Assembly (NCBI GenBank): GCA_002923395.1
Contig: BEIK01000004.1
Coordinates: forward strand, 1-61,534
Direction: 5' to 3'
DNA length: 61,534 nucleotides
From: a bacterium HR34
Lineage (GTDB): Bacteria > Patescibacteriota > Minisyncoccia > Minisyncoccales > HRBIN34
Shown here: positions 37,423 through 47,146 of the stretch, piece after piece
Numbering within the stretch: position 1 is the stretch's first letter
Layout of the letters: every line of letters starts with the position of its first letter
Made by a program: the position numbers and the translations under genes
Notes under the pieces: model-generated
What the model saw: the letters and a program-made list of their open reading frames with translations, nothing else
Database searches by the model: none
What the model was told of the DNA's origin: nothing

Positions 37423-39364
37423 AGAACAACGATCAAAAAGTAAAGGATATACAGCTGATGATATTTATGTTTTGCAAGGGTTGGAGCCTGTGAGAATGAG
37501 GCCCGGGATGTATATTGGTTCAACAGGACCAGAGGGTTTACACCATTTAATATGGGAGGTTGTTAGCAATTCAATTGATGAAGCAATTATGGGTTATTGT
37601 AACAAAATAGAAGTTGAGTTATTGCCAAACAATAGAGTGGTGGTAAGAGATAACGGCCGTGGCATTCCAGTTGAGATACACAAGCAAACTAAAAAATCCG
37701 CCTTGGAAACTGTTATGACAACCTTGCATGCTGGTGGTAAATTTGGGAGCAAGGCATATGTGACAAGTGGAGGTTTGCACGGTGTTGGTGTTTCTGTCGT
37801 TTGCGCTTTATCTGTTTTTACGAGGGCTGAAGTTTGCAGGGATGGTTATCTTTATTCTCAAGAGTATTCAAGAGGGAAAGTAAAAACAAAACTTAAAAAA
37901 GAAGGCAAGTGTTCTCAAACTGGGACTACAATTATTTTTGAGCCAGATCCTGAAATTTTTGAAGAAATAAAGTTTGACAGAAAAAAGATTTTAAATTATT
38001 TAAGGAGACAGGCTTATTTAACAAAAGGTGTTCATATAATTTTTAGAGACTTAAGAGATAAAGAAGATGAGTTTATTTATGGGTTATATTTTGAAGGCGG
38101 GATAAAATCTTATATTTCCTATCTTACAAAAGGCGTGCAAAAAGTTCATGAAAATATTTTTTATTGCAAAGATAAAAAAGATGGAGTAGAGGTAGAAGTT
38201 GCTTTTCAATATACACAGGAAAATGAAACATATGAAGAAAGTTTTGCCAATAACATTTTTACGTCAGATGGCGGAAGTCATTTAACAGGTTTTAGGTCTT
38301 CTTTAACAAGATCGTTGAATGATTACGCAAGGAAAAACGGATTCTTAAAAGAAAAAGATGATAATCTCACAGGAGAAGATGTAAGAGAGGGATTAACTGC
38401 TGTTGTTTCTGTGAAGGTACCAAATCCTCAATTCGAAGGGCAAACAAAAGCAAAACTTGGCAACCCAGAGGTTAAAACAATAGTTGAATCAATTGCTTCA
38501 TATTATTTGGACGATTATTTAGAAAGATATCCTCAAGATGCAAGGGCAATAATTGAAAAATGTATATTAGCGCAAAAAGCAAGAAAAGCAGCAAAAGCAG
38601 CAAGGCAAACAGTTTTAAGAAAAGGAGTTTTGGAAGGTTTGAGTTTGCCGGGAAAACTTGCTGATTGTTCAAGCAGAGATCCTGAAGAATGTGAGTTGTA
38701 TATAGTAGAGGGAATGTCAGCAGGAGGCTCGTCAAAGCAGGCAAGGGATAGAAGGTTTCAGGCAATTTTGCCTTTGAAAGGGAAAATTTTAAATGTTGAA
38801 AAAGCGCGCTTGGATAAAATGTTAGCCTCAAAAGAGATAAAAGCATTAATAATAGCCTTAGGAACTGCAGTAGCAGAAGAGTTTGATTTATCAAAACTTA
38901 GATATCACAAAATAATTTTGATGCAAGATGCTGATGTTGACGGTTCTCACATCAGAACTCTTCTTTTAACTTTGTTTTACAGATACTTTAGGCCGATTAT
39001 TGAAAATGGTTATTTATATATTGCCCAGCCACCGCTTTATAGAATTCAATACGGAAAAGAAGTAAGGTATGCTTTTACAGATGAGCAAAAAAATAAAATA
39101 GTTGAAGAGTTAAAGAAAAAATATGGAAAAGGAAAAGAACTAACAGGAATAAATATCCAAAGGTATAAAGGGCTTGGCGAAATGAATCCAGAACAGCTTT
39201 GGGAGACAACTATGGATCCTAAAAATAGAGTATTAATTAAAGTAACTTTAGAGGATGCAAAAGAAGCAGATAAAATATTTGATATTTTAATGGGAGATGA
39301 GGTTTTGCCAAGAAAAAAGTTTATTCAATCTCACGCAAAATCAGTAAAGAATCTTGATATTTAA
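37400..39364 (+). CDS. gyrB: DNA gyrase subunit B
   Basis: RPGMYIG, DNGRGIP, GLHGVG, EG.SAGG, PL.GK.LN, YKGLGEMN; alternative start at 37385. Confidence 0.97.
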   Translation: MSKEIESKEQRSKSKGYTADDIYVLQGLEPVRMRPGMYIGSTGPEGLHHLIWEVVSNSIDEAIMGYCNKIEVELLPNNRVVVRDNGRGIPVEIHKQTKKSALETVMTTLHAGGKFGSKAYVTSGGLHGVGVSVVCALSVFTRAEVCRDGYLYSQEYSRGKVKTKLKKEGKCSQTGTTIIFEPDPEIFEEIKFDRKKILNYLRRQAYLTKGVHIIFRDLRDKEDEFIYGLYFEGGIKSYISYLTKGVQKVHENIFYCKDKKDGVEVEVAFQYTQENETYEESFANNIFTSDGGSHLTGFRSSLTRSLNDYARKNGFLKEKDDNLTGEDVREGLTAVVSVKVPNPQFEGQTKAKLGNPEVKTIVESIASYYLDDYLERYPQDARAIIEKCILAQKARKAAKAARQTVLRKGVLEGLSLPGKLADCSSRDPEECELYIVEGMSAGGSSKQARDRRFQAILPLKGKILNVEKARLDKMLASKEIKALIIALGTAVAEEFDLSKLRYHKIILMQDADVDGSHIRTLLLTLFYRYFRPIIENGYLYIAQPPLYRIQYGKEVRYAFTDEQKNKIVEELKKKYGKGKELTGINIQRYKGLGEMNPEQLWETTMDPKNRVLIKVTLEDAKEADKIFDILMGDEVLPRKKFIQSHAKSVKNLDI

Positions 39365-39366
39365 TT

Positions 39367-39395
39367 TTGACTTTTTTATTTTAATTTGATATTTT
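39367..39395 (+). promoter_or_regulatory. Sigma70 promoter of secE-nusG-rplK
   Basis: TTGACT - 17 bp - TATTTT with a TG extension. Confidence 0.55.
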
Positions 39396-39419
39396 AGAAA
39401 ATATATTAATTTTGTGATT

Positions 39420-39605
39420 ATGCTAAGCAAGATAATAGATTATTTTAAAGGAGTAAAATCTGAATTTTTAAAAATAACCTGGCCAACAAAAAAAGAGGCC
39501 TTTAAGTATGTTGCGATTGTTATAGTTGTTTCAATATTGTCTGCTGCTTATATGGGAGTTATAGATTTTGTTTTTGTTAACCTTTTCTTACAAAAAATAA
39601 TATAA
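39420..39605 (+). CDS. secE: Preprotein translocase SecE
   Basis: E..KITWP.K.E followed by one TM; upstream of nusG. Confidence 0.93.
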   Translation: MLSKIIDYFKGVKSEFLKITWPTKKEAFKYVAIVIVVSILSAAYMGVIDFVFVNLFLQKII

Positions 39606-39608
39606 CCT

Positions 39609-40157
39609 ATGCCAAAACAACAACTTCCAAAAGAAAGAAGATGGTATGTAATACACACTTATACAGGATATGAAGATGTAGTTGCTCAAAATATAATGGA
39701 AAGAGCAGAGGCCTTTGGTATGAAGGATAATAAGATTTTTAATGCCATAGTTCCAAGAGAGAAGAAAATAAAGATAAGAGGAGGTAAAAGAAAGGTTATT
39801 GAAGAAAAAATTTATCCGGGGTATGTTTTAGTTGATATGATAGTTGATGACGATTCTTGGTATGTTGTAAGAAATACGCCGAATGTAACAGGTTTTGTCG
39901 GAGCAGGAGTCACACCTTTACCAATATCCGAGGAAGAGTTCAAAGAGTTTGAAAAAAGGATGAAGTCAGAAGAGCCAGAATATAATGTTGATTTTAAAGT
40001 TGGAGATCACGTAAGAGTAGTGCAAGGTCCTTTCAAAGGTTTTGATGGCAAGGTATCTGAAATAGACAAAGAAAAAGGCAAAGTTAAGGTTTTAGTTAAT
40101 ATGTTTGGTAGAGACACGCCCGTTGAACTTGATTCTTTACAAATTAAAAAAGTTTAA
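39609..40157 (+). CDS. nusG: Transcription factor NusG
   Basis: WYVIHTY.G.E, PGYVLV, VRNTP.VTGFVG, KOW domain. Confidence 0.97.
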   Translation: MPKQQLPKERRWYVIHTYTGYEDVVAQNIMERAEAFGMKDNKIFNAIVPREKKIKIRGGKRKVIEEKIYPGYVLVDMIVDDDSWYVVRNTPNVTGFVGAGVTPLPISEEEFKEFEKRMKSEEPEYNVDFKVGDHVRVVQGPFKGFDGKVSEIDKEKGKVKVLVNMFGRDTPVELDSLQIKKV

Positions 40158-40165
40158 AAAAATTT

Positions 40166-40591
40166 ATGGCAAAAGCAATAAAAGCAAAAGTTAAATTAGC
40201 AATACCAGCAGGTCAGGCAACGCCAGCGCCTCCAGTTGGTCCTGCGTTAGCACCACACGGAATGAACATCTCTGAGTTCTGTAAAGCTTTTAATGACAAA
40301 ACAAGAGATAAACAAGGATGGACAATTCCAGTAGAAATAACGATCTATGAAGACAGAACTTTTGATTTTGTTTTAAAAGAACCTCCTGCTTCAGAACTTA
40401 TTAAAAAAGCAGCAGGAGTAGAAAAGGGTTCTGGGAAACCTAATTTAGAAAAAGTTGGTAAAATAACAAGAGAACAGTTAAGAGAAATAGCAAAAAGGAA
40501 AATGCGAGACTTGAACACTGATGATGAAGAAGCTGCAATGAAAATAATTGAGGGAACGGCAAGGAATATGGGAGTCGAGATTGTTGATTAA
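40166..40591 (+). CDS. rplK: 50S ribosomal protein L11
   Basis: [18 protein letters not shown]. Confidence 0.98.
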   Translation: MAKAIKAKVKLAIPAGQATPAPPVGPALAPHGMNISEFCKAFNDKTRDKQGWTIPVEITIYEDRTFDFVLKEPPASELIKKAAGVEKGSGKPNLEKVGKITREQLREIAKRKMRDLNTDDEEAAMKIIEGTARNMGVEIVD

Positions 40592-40601
40592 AAAGAAAAT
40601 T

Positions 40602-41174
40602 ATGGTTTTGTCAGATAAAGATATCAAAGAATACATAAAAAAAGGAATAATAAAAATTTCTCCAGAACCGAATTTTGACGTTCAATTAGGTCCTTGTTCT
40701 TTAGATTTAAGACTTGGCAACAGAATTAAAATTTTCAAACACTCACCTTATCCTTATTTAGATTTAAAATCTCCTGTTGATTTTGAAAAACTTATGGATG
40801 AAATTGTGGTGAAAGAAGGTTGTCCTTTTATTTTACAGCCAGGAGCGTTTGCTTTAGCAATCACTAAAGAAACATTTTCTTTGCCACATAACTTAATGGC
40901 AAGATTAGACGGCAGAAGTTCTCTTGGAAGGTTGGGGATTGTTGTTCATTCTACGGCAGCAAGATTTGATCCTGGATGGTCAGGGCAGGCTGTTATGGAA
41001 CTTGGAAATTTAGGACCTATGCCAGTTATTTTATATGAAGGTATGAGAATATGCGCTTTGACTTTTGAGGTTTTGTCTTCGCCCTGTGAAAAACCATACA
41101 GCCAACAAAAAGATAGAAAATATACAAACCAAAACTCTCCTTTAGCAAGTAGAATAAACAAAGAAATTTTTTAA
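40602..41174 (+). CDS. dcd: dCTP deaminase
   Basis: LSD..I, P.SLDLRLG, GRSSLGRLG, DPGW.G; ATG 40602 preferred. Confidence 0.95.
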   Translation: MVLSDKDIKEYIKKGIIKISPEPNFDVQLGPCSLDLRLGNRIKIFKHSPYPYLDLKSPVDFEKLMDEIVVKEGCPFILQPGAFALAITKETFSLPHNLMARLDGRSSLGRLGIVVHSTAARFDPGWSGQAVMELGNLGPMPVILYEGMRICALTFEVLSSPCEKPYSQQKDRKYTNQNSPLASRINKEIF

Positions 41175-41201
41175 AAATTTAATACAATAATTGTGTTATT
41201 T

Positions 41202-42680
41202 ATGTACAAGCCAACTATAGGTTTAGAGATACACGTTGAGTTAAATACAAAATCTAAAATGTTTTGCTCTTGCAAAAATGAACCCGATTGTCAGGAACCT
41301 AATTTAAATATCTGTCCTATATGTACAGGCCAGCCAGGTACATTGCCAGTTCCTAATTTAGAGGCAATAAAAAAAGTTATTAAAGTTGGCCTGGCTTTAA
41401 ATTGTGAAATAGCAAAAAAATCTCAACTTCACAGAAAAAACTATTTTTATCCAGATCTACCAAAAGGTTATCAAATATCTCAATACGATTTACCGTTATG
41501 CTCTAATGGTTTTTTAGAGTTGCGTAATGGAAAAAAAATTAGAATAAGAAGAATCCACATAGAAGAGGATGCTGGAAAACTTTTACGTTCGCAAGATGGT
41601 CAATACACATTAATTGATTACAATAGAGCAGGAGTTCCATTGATGGAATTAGTAACAGAGCCTGATATTGGAAGTTCAGAGGAGGCAAAAGAATTTGCAA
41701 AGCAGTTATATTTAATTTTGAAATATCTTGATGTTTCAGATGCTGATATGGAAAAAGGCCATATGAGGTTAGAGGCAAATGTGTCTTTATCTAAAAACGG
41801 AGAACTTGGCACAAAAGTTGAAGTTAAAAATATAAATTCTTTTAAGTTTTTAAAAGATGCTATAGATTATGAAATTGAACGCCAAAAATCTTTATTGGAA
41901 GCAGGCGAAAAGATTGTGCAAGAAACAAGAGGATGGAATGAAAACAAAAAACAAACCGTGCCTCAAAGAACAAAAGAGGAAGCGCATGATTACAGATATT
42001 TTCCAGAACCCGACATTCCTCCATTCGAGTTTTCAGATGATTTTATAAAAGAGGTAAAGCAAGAAATAGGCGAGTTGCCTTTAAATAAATTTAAGAGATT
42101 TAAGAAAGAATATGGTTTGAAAGATGAGGATATAGAAGTTTTAGTTGGCAATGTTGATTTAGGAAATTTTTTTGAGCAGTGCTCAAGTGAAATTTTCAAT
42201 TGGGCAAAGGAAAAAGAACTTCAAAATAATATCCCGCCTGACAAACAAAAACAATTATTTCAACTTTGCTGTAATTATATTTTATCTGACTTGCAGGGAT
42301 TCTTGAGGGAAAAAGGAATATCTATAAAAGATACAAAACTTAGAGCCGAAGATTTTGCCGAACTCATATTGTTAATAGAGAAAGGTAAAATATCAAGCAA
42401 GTTGGCGAAAAGTATTCTTTTAGAAATGATACAAACAGGAACAGATCCCCATCATATTATCGAAGAAAAAGGGTTGGAGCAGATTTCAGATGAAAATAAA
42501 TTAAAAGAAGTTATATCAAAAGTTATCTCTGCGAATTCAAAAGCAGTTGAAGATTATAAAGCAGGTAAACAAAATGCATTTCAATTTTTAATAGGTCAAA
42601 TTATGAAAGAAACAAAAGGTAAAGCAGATCCTCAAAAAATAAGAGAATTATTAGAAAAAGAACTGAGAGATTACAAATAG
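41202..42680 (+). CDS. gatB: Asp/Glu-tRNA amidotransferase subunit B
   Basis: IGLEIHVEL, RKNYFYPDLPKGYQISQ, NRAGVPLMELVTEP, YRYFPEPD. Confidence 0.97.
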   Translation: MYKPTIGLEIHVELNTKSKMFCSCKNEPDCQEPNLNICPICTGQPGTLPVPNLEAIKKVIKVGLALNCEIAKKSQLHRKNYFYPDLPKGYQISQYDLPLCSNGFLELRNGKKIRIRRIHIEEDAGKLLRSQDGQYTLIDYNRAGVPLMELVTEPDIGSSEEAKEFAKQLYLILKYLDVSDADMEKGHMRLEANVSLSKNGELGTKVEVKNINSFKFLKDAIDYEIERQKSLLEAGEKIVQETRGWNENKKQTVPQRTKEEAHDYRYFPEPDIPPFEFSDDFIKEVKQEIGELPLNKFKRFKKEYGLKDEDIEVLVGNVDLGNFFEQCSSEIFNWAKEKELQNNIPPDKQKQLFQLCCNYILSDLQGFLREKGISIKDTKLRAEDFAELILLIEKGKISSKLAKSILLEMIQTGTDPHHIIEEKGLEQISDENKLKEVISKVISANSKAVEDYKAGKQNAFQFLIGQIMKETKGKADPQKIRELLEKELRDYK

Positions 42681-43342
42681 TTAGTAATTTTTTCTTGTTT
42701 ATAACGAATATTATTTACTAGACGTAGAATTTTTAAAAATTGCTTTTCTTTAGCGTCGATTTTTTTTAAATTTTTATGCAACTTCTCTTCTATTTCTTCT
42801 GGTGAGTTAATGTTAAAAATTTGTTTTAATAGTTCCTTTTTACTTTCATATATCTTATTATATACTTCTTTTCTTCCAAAATCATACAAAGGAATACCCC
42901 TTAAATCCATTTTTACACTTACTAGTTCTTTTATATTGTTTATTAAATAAGATTCTAACTTTTTAACTAATTCATCGCTGTTTACAACAAATTTATATAA
43001 ATATTCTTGAAATTCATCTCTATCAGAGAATACTTTATTTTTGAAATATTTTTTTATTATTTTATGGTTTTTGAGTTTATTGAACTCTTTAATTCGGGTT
43101 ATTGTGTAAAATAGTTTGTATAATTCCTTTAATTCTTCTATTTCCTTTTTTTGTGTATATTTTTCTTTGCTTTCTACTATTTCTGACGACTTAAATGTTC
43201 TTGAATCTTCACCGTAAATTTTTGCTAAACCTTCCCAATAGTCTGGTGGAATATGATATGGTGGTTGTTGTTTCTTTTTTCTTCTAACCTTTTTTGTATC
43301 GGGTGTTCTATCTTTCCAATTTTCAAAACTAAAATTTTCCAT
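42671..43342 (-). CDS. Hypothetical protein
   Basis: 223-aa K/E-rich ORF. Confidence 0.65.
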   Translation of the reverse strand: MENFSFENWKDRTPDTKKVRRKKKQQPPYHIPPDYWEGLAKIYGEDSRTFKSSEIVESKEKYTQKKEIEELKELYKLFYTITRIKEFNKLKNHKIIKKYFKNKVFSDRDEFQEYLYKFVVNSDELVKKLESYLINNIKELVSVKMDLRGIPLYDFGRKEVYNKIYESKKELLKQIFNINSPEEIEEKLHKNLKKIDAKEKQFLKILRLVNNIRYKQEKITNYL

Positions 43343-43357
43343 TATTTTAGGTTTACT

Positions 43358-44683
43358 TTATTTGATAACAACTTCTGCTTTTAGACCCCAAGGCAGGGCT
43401 TCTGTTATTCTAACCTTCACAAACTCTCCTATCATTCTTTGCCAGTTAACTCCTGCTTTAAATTTAACAGTCTTCCAGTTGTGTAGTTTTCCTACTAAAT
43501 AGCCATCTTTATATTCATCTGGAATTGCTTCCATCACCTTTCCAACATATTTTTTATTTCTGTAAAGAGCAGTTTTTTCAAGGATTTTATTTAATATTTT
43601 TTTTCTCCTTTCTTTTTCTCTGTGAGAGACGTTGTCTTTGTATATTTTAGCAGCAACTGTTCCTTTTCTTTCAGAATATTCTGATATGTAAGCCATATCA
43701 TATTTTATTAATTCAAACATCTTTTTGGTGTCTTCAAATTCTTTTCTTGTTTCACCACAAAATCCAACAATTACATCAGTAGACAAGCATAACTCTGGGA
43801 CTTTTTTTCTCAAAGTTTTTGCTATGTAAATGTATTTTTTAATATCATATCTTCTCCTCATTCTTTTGAGGACTTCTGGATTTCCTGATTGCAAAGGTAG
43901 GTTTACATATTTTCCTATTTTTTTGCATTTTGCTATTGTATCGATTTGTTCATCTGTGAAATCTTTTGGGTTTGGAGAAACAAAATGTATCCAAAATTTG
44001 CCTTTTAATCTATTTATTTTTCTTAACAATTTTGCGAAGTTTACATTCTTATATTGATAACTATTCACATTCTCTCCCAAAAGCCATATGTCTTTATAAC
44101 CGTTTTTAACAAGTTCTTCTACTTCTGACATTATTTCATCAACTGGTCTTACTTTTTCAAGTCCTCTAGTGTACGGTATAACACAATAAGTGCAAAAATA
44201 ATTACAACCAGTGCTTATTGGTACATATGCCCTAAAATTATTTCCGTATTTTGGTTTTACATTTAAATATGAGTATTGAGATATTTGATCTTGAAAAAGT
44301 TTTATTTTATCTTCTTCTCCTAAAATTTCAGGAAGTTTTGGGATATCTGTTATTTTCATAATTACGTCGAACCTTTCTTTAAATTTTGTTTTATCTTGCT
44401 CTAAAACACATCCTGTTAGTATCGCTTTTACATTCTTTTTCTTTTTTAGTTCTAATATTTTTTTTGTTTGTCCCCAAACTCTGTCTACTGCAGATTGCCT
44501 CACAGAACAGGCGTTTATAACTATTAAATCTGCATCTTCTAAAGATGATGCTTTTTCGTAATTTAAACATTCTAAGGCACCCGCAAACCTTTCAGAATCA
44601 GACCAGTTCATCTGGCAACCATAAGTTATTATGTGATATTTTTTATTTTTTGTTTTGGTTTTTTGTGTAGTTATTTGCGCCAT
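43358..44683 (-). CDS. miaB: tRNA methylthiotransferase MiaB
   Basis: TYGCQMN..DSE, NACSVR, CNYFCTYC radical-SAM motif, C-terminal TRAM domain. Confidence 0.95.
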   Translation of the reverse strand: MAQITTQKTKTKNKKYHIITYGCQMNWSDSERFAGALECLNYEKASSLEDADLIVINACSVRQSAVDRVWGQTKKILELKKKKNVKAILTGCVLEQDKTKFKERFDVIMKITDIPKLPEILGEEDKIKLFQDQISQYSYLNVKPKYGNNFRAYVPISTGCNYFCTYCVIPYTRGLEKVRPVDEIMSEVEELVKNGYKDIWLLGENVNSYQYKNVNFAKLLRKINRLKGKFWIHFVSPNPKDFTDEQIDTIAKCKKIGKYVNLPLQSGNPEVLKRMRRRYDIKKYIYIAKTLRKKVPELCLSTDVIVGFCGETRKEFEDTKKMFELIKYDMAYISEYSERKGTVAAKIYKDNVSHREKERRKKILNKILEKTALYRNKKYVGKVMEAIPDEYKDGYLVGKLHNWKTVKFKAGVNWQRMIGEFVKVRITEALPWGLKAEVVIK

Positions 44684-44746
44684 ATTTTAATGCGTTTTTA
44701 TCTATACTTATAACCTCTATTATAACACATAATTTTTAATTTTAAA

Positions 44747-44854
44747 GGTCAAGGGTAGACTTCTGCCAAGTTTGGTCAAGGGCTGCCCTCGACCCAGTTG
44801 TACCGAGGTCTGACCCTGGTATAACTGTACCGAGGTCTGACCCTGGTATCGATT
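44747..44854. repeat. Four units at 27-bp spacing, including an exact 24-bp direct repeat
   Basis: GGTCAAGGG at 44747 and 44774; TGTACCGAGGTCTGACCCTGGTAT at 44799-44822 and 44826-44849. Confidence 0.85.
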
Positions 44855-44894
44855 AAAGTTTAATAATTCAAAAAAATTGAAAAACCGATTTGTT

Positions 44895-44922
44895 CCAAAT
44901 GTTCACGATCGTCAACATTTGG
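44895..44922. repeat. Palindrome copy 3 (variant)
   Basis: CCAAATGTTCACGATCGTCAACATTTGG: one compensatory pair plus one mismatch. Confidence 0.9.
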
Positions 44923-44992
44923 GGCGAGCTCTCTATTATCTTATCTTTCTTTTTTTGGATCTCCTCTTTTCTTTATCTCTCGTCCACTTCAT

Positions 44993-45018
44993 CCTGCTCC
45001 GGCGTAAGCCGGAGCAGG
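44993..45018. other. GC-rich hairpin, 11-bp stem, GTAA loop
   Basis: CCTGCTCCGGC-GTAA-GCCGGAGCAGG. Confidence 0.85.
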
Positions 45019-45122
45019 GGGAAGTTAGAAAAAATAGATGGCATTGGTCTTATGTTTTATATATAACTTTGCATTATTTGGGGATTTTAATTATAATAAA
45101 ATATTCTTAACTTAGTTTATTT

Positions 45123-46511
45123 ATGCCAGATCAAATAAAAAAAGAGCTTCCGGATAAACTTCCACCTCAAGATATAGAGGCAGAAAAATCTTTATTGGGT
45201 TGCCTTTTAATAGACAAAAACGCCATTTTAAAAGTGGTGGATTTTTTGCTTCCAAGAGATTTTTACAAACCCAACCATCAAATTATTTATCAGGCTATGC
45301 AAGAACTTTTTGCTAAAAATGAACCAATAGACATTCTTTCCGTATCAAGCAAACTTAAAGAAAAAGATCAACTTGATAAAATCGGAGGTTATGCTTATTT
45401 AACAGAACTTGTTAATTCAGTGCCAACAGCAGCGCACACTTTAACTTATGCCAAGATAGTTCAAAAGAAAAGAATTTTAAGAGATTTAATTGAAACGTCT
45501 TATGATATAGGTTTAATGGGTTATTCTGAAGCAGAGGATGTTGATAAGCTTTTAGATGAAGCAGAAAAAAGAATTTTTATGATAGCTCAAAGAAGTTTAA
45601 CTCAGCAATTCTCCCATATAAAACCTGTTTTAGAAGAAGCGTTTGAAAGAATAGATAGATTGTCAAAAGAAGAGGGAAGGGGAATAAGAGGGGTGCCAAC
45701 TGGATTTTATCAATTAGATAATCTTATATCTGGACTACAAAGGTCTGATCTAATTTTATTGGCAGCACGTCCCTCAATAGGTAAGAGCGCTCTGGCTTTA
45801 GATATAGCAAGGCATGTTGCAACAAAAGAAAATTTGCCAGTTGGAATATTTTCTTTAGAAATGTCAAAAGATCAAATAATAGATAGAATGATAGCTGCTG
45901 AAGCAATGGTTGACCTGTGGAGATTGAGAACAGGAAAATTACAAGAAGAAGATTTTCAAAAAATACAAAAAGCATTTGGAGTGTTATCGGAGGCGCCAAT
46001 TTATATTTATGACTCTCCTTTATCCACCGTTTTGCAAATAAGAGCAATGGCAAGAAGGTTACAGGCAGAGAAAGGGCTTGGATTGATAATAATTGATTAC
46101 CTACAGCTTATAGAATCAGAAAATAAAAATTTAAGCCCTGTGCAGCAAGTAAGCGAAATTTCAAGATCATTGAAAGGTTTGGCACGAGAATTAAATATTC
46201 CTGTTTTGGCAGTGTCGCAGTTATCAAGGGCTGTTGAGCAGAGAGTTCCGCAAATTCCAAGGTTGGCAGATTTGAGAGAAAGCGGTAGTTTAGAGCAGGA
46301 TGCGGATGTTGTGCTTTTTATATATAGGGAAGACAGATACAGGGAAAACACAGATAGAAAAAACATTGCTGACATAATTGTAGCAAAACACAGAAACGGA
46401 CCTGTTGGTAAAGTTGAGCTTTATTTTGAAGAAAGAATGGCAACATTTTTAAACATTGAAAGAAATTTTGATGAAAACGCGCCATTAGAGCAGGAATCAG
46501 AAAATTTTTAA
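45123..46511 (+). CDS. dnaB: Replicative DNA helicase
   Basis: PPQ..EAE, AARPSIGKS, IIDYLQL, LRESGSLEQDAD, KHRNGP; no intein. Confidence 0.98.
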   Translation: MPDQIKKELPDKLPPQDIEAEKSLLGCLLIDKNAILKVVDFLLPRDFYKPNHQIIYQAMQELFAKNEPIDILSVSSKLKEKDQLDKIGGYAYLTELVNSVPTAAHTLTYAKIVQKKRILRDLIETSYDIGLMGYSEAEDVDKLLDEAEKRIFMIAQRSLTQQFSHIKPVLEEAFERIDRLSKEEGRGIRGVPTGFYQLDNLISGLQRSDLILLAARPSIGKSALALDIARHVATKENLPVGIFSLEMSKDQIIDRMIAAEAMVDLWRLRTGKLQEEDFQKIQKAFGVLSEAPIYIYDSPLSTVLQIRAMARRLQAEKGLGLIIIDYLQLIESENKNLSPVQQVSEISRSLKGLARELNIPVLAVSQLSRAVEQRVPQIPRLADLRESGSLEQDADVVLFIYREDRYRENTDRKNIADIIVAKHRNGPVGKVELYFEERMATFLNIERNFDENAPLEQESENF

Positions 46512-46524
46512 GTTAATTTAAAAT

Positions 46525-47145
46525 ATGAACTCAAAGATTATACAAGATTTAATATCTGAATTTGCAAAGTTTCCAACAATTGGCCCAAAAACAGCAGCCC
46601 GCTTTGTTTTTTACTTGATAAAACAGAAAAAAGAAGATGTAGATAAACTTGTTGATTTAATAATGAAATTAAAAAATTCTATTAGGCTTTGCAGATTTTG
46701 TTTTGCTCCTTTTGAAAAAGAAGGTGATAATGAGTTTTGTAATATATGCTTAAGCGATAAAAGGAATAAAAAAATATTATGTATAGTTGAGAGAGAGCAG
46801 GATATGGAGGCAATAGAGAATACAGGTGAGTATAAGGGTGTGTATTTTATTTTGGGAGGCGATATGAATTTGTTGGCAAAAGATGGTGAAGAAAGACTAA
46901 AAAGAGAGAAAGATTTAGTTGATAGATTAAAAAATCCTGAAAAATACGGCTTTGAAAAATTTTCTGAAGTTATAATAGCTTTAAATCCTACGGTTGAAGG
47001 AGAGGTTACGAGCGATTATTTGAAAAACTTAATTTTAAATTTAGGGTATAAAGTAACGCAGATAGCAAAAGGGATTCCAAAAGGCGGCGAGTTAGAGTAT
47101 GCAGATAAAGACACAATAAAAGAAGCATTAAACAGAAGGCAATAA
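46525..47145 (+). CDS. recR: Recombination mediator RecR
   Basis: P.IGPKTA.R, C4 zinc finger, EGE.T..Y, GGELEYAD. Confidence 0.95.
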   Translation: MNSKIIQDLISEFAKFPTIGPKTAARFVFYLIKQKKEDVDKLVDLIMKLKNSIRLCRFCFAPFEKEGDNEFCNICLSDKRNKKILCIVEREQDMEAIENTGEYKGVYFILGGDMNLLAKDGEERLKREKDLVDRLKNPEKYGFEKFSEVIIALNPTVEGEVTSDYLKNLILNLGYKVTQIAKGIPKGGELEYADKDTIKEALNRRQ

Positions 47146-47146
47146 A

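Noticed and set aside
44747-44854. CRISPR array
   Set aside because: Only two exact repeats separated by 3 bp, no unique spacers, and no cas genes in the window.
44877-45110. 77-aa ORF upstream of dnaB
   Set aside because: It starts at TTG and runs through the palindrome, pyrimidine tract and hairpin; probably non-coding.
44684-45122. Replication origin upstream of dnaB
   Set aside because: I saw no cluster of DnaA boxes (TTATCCACA), and dnaA/dnaN are not adjacent.
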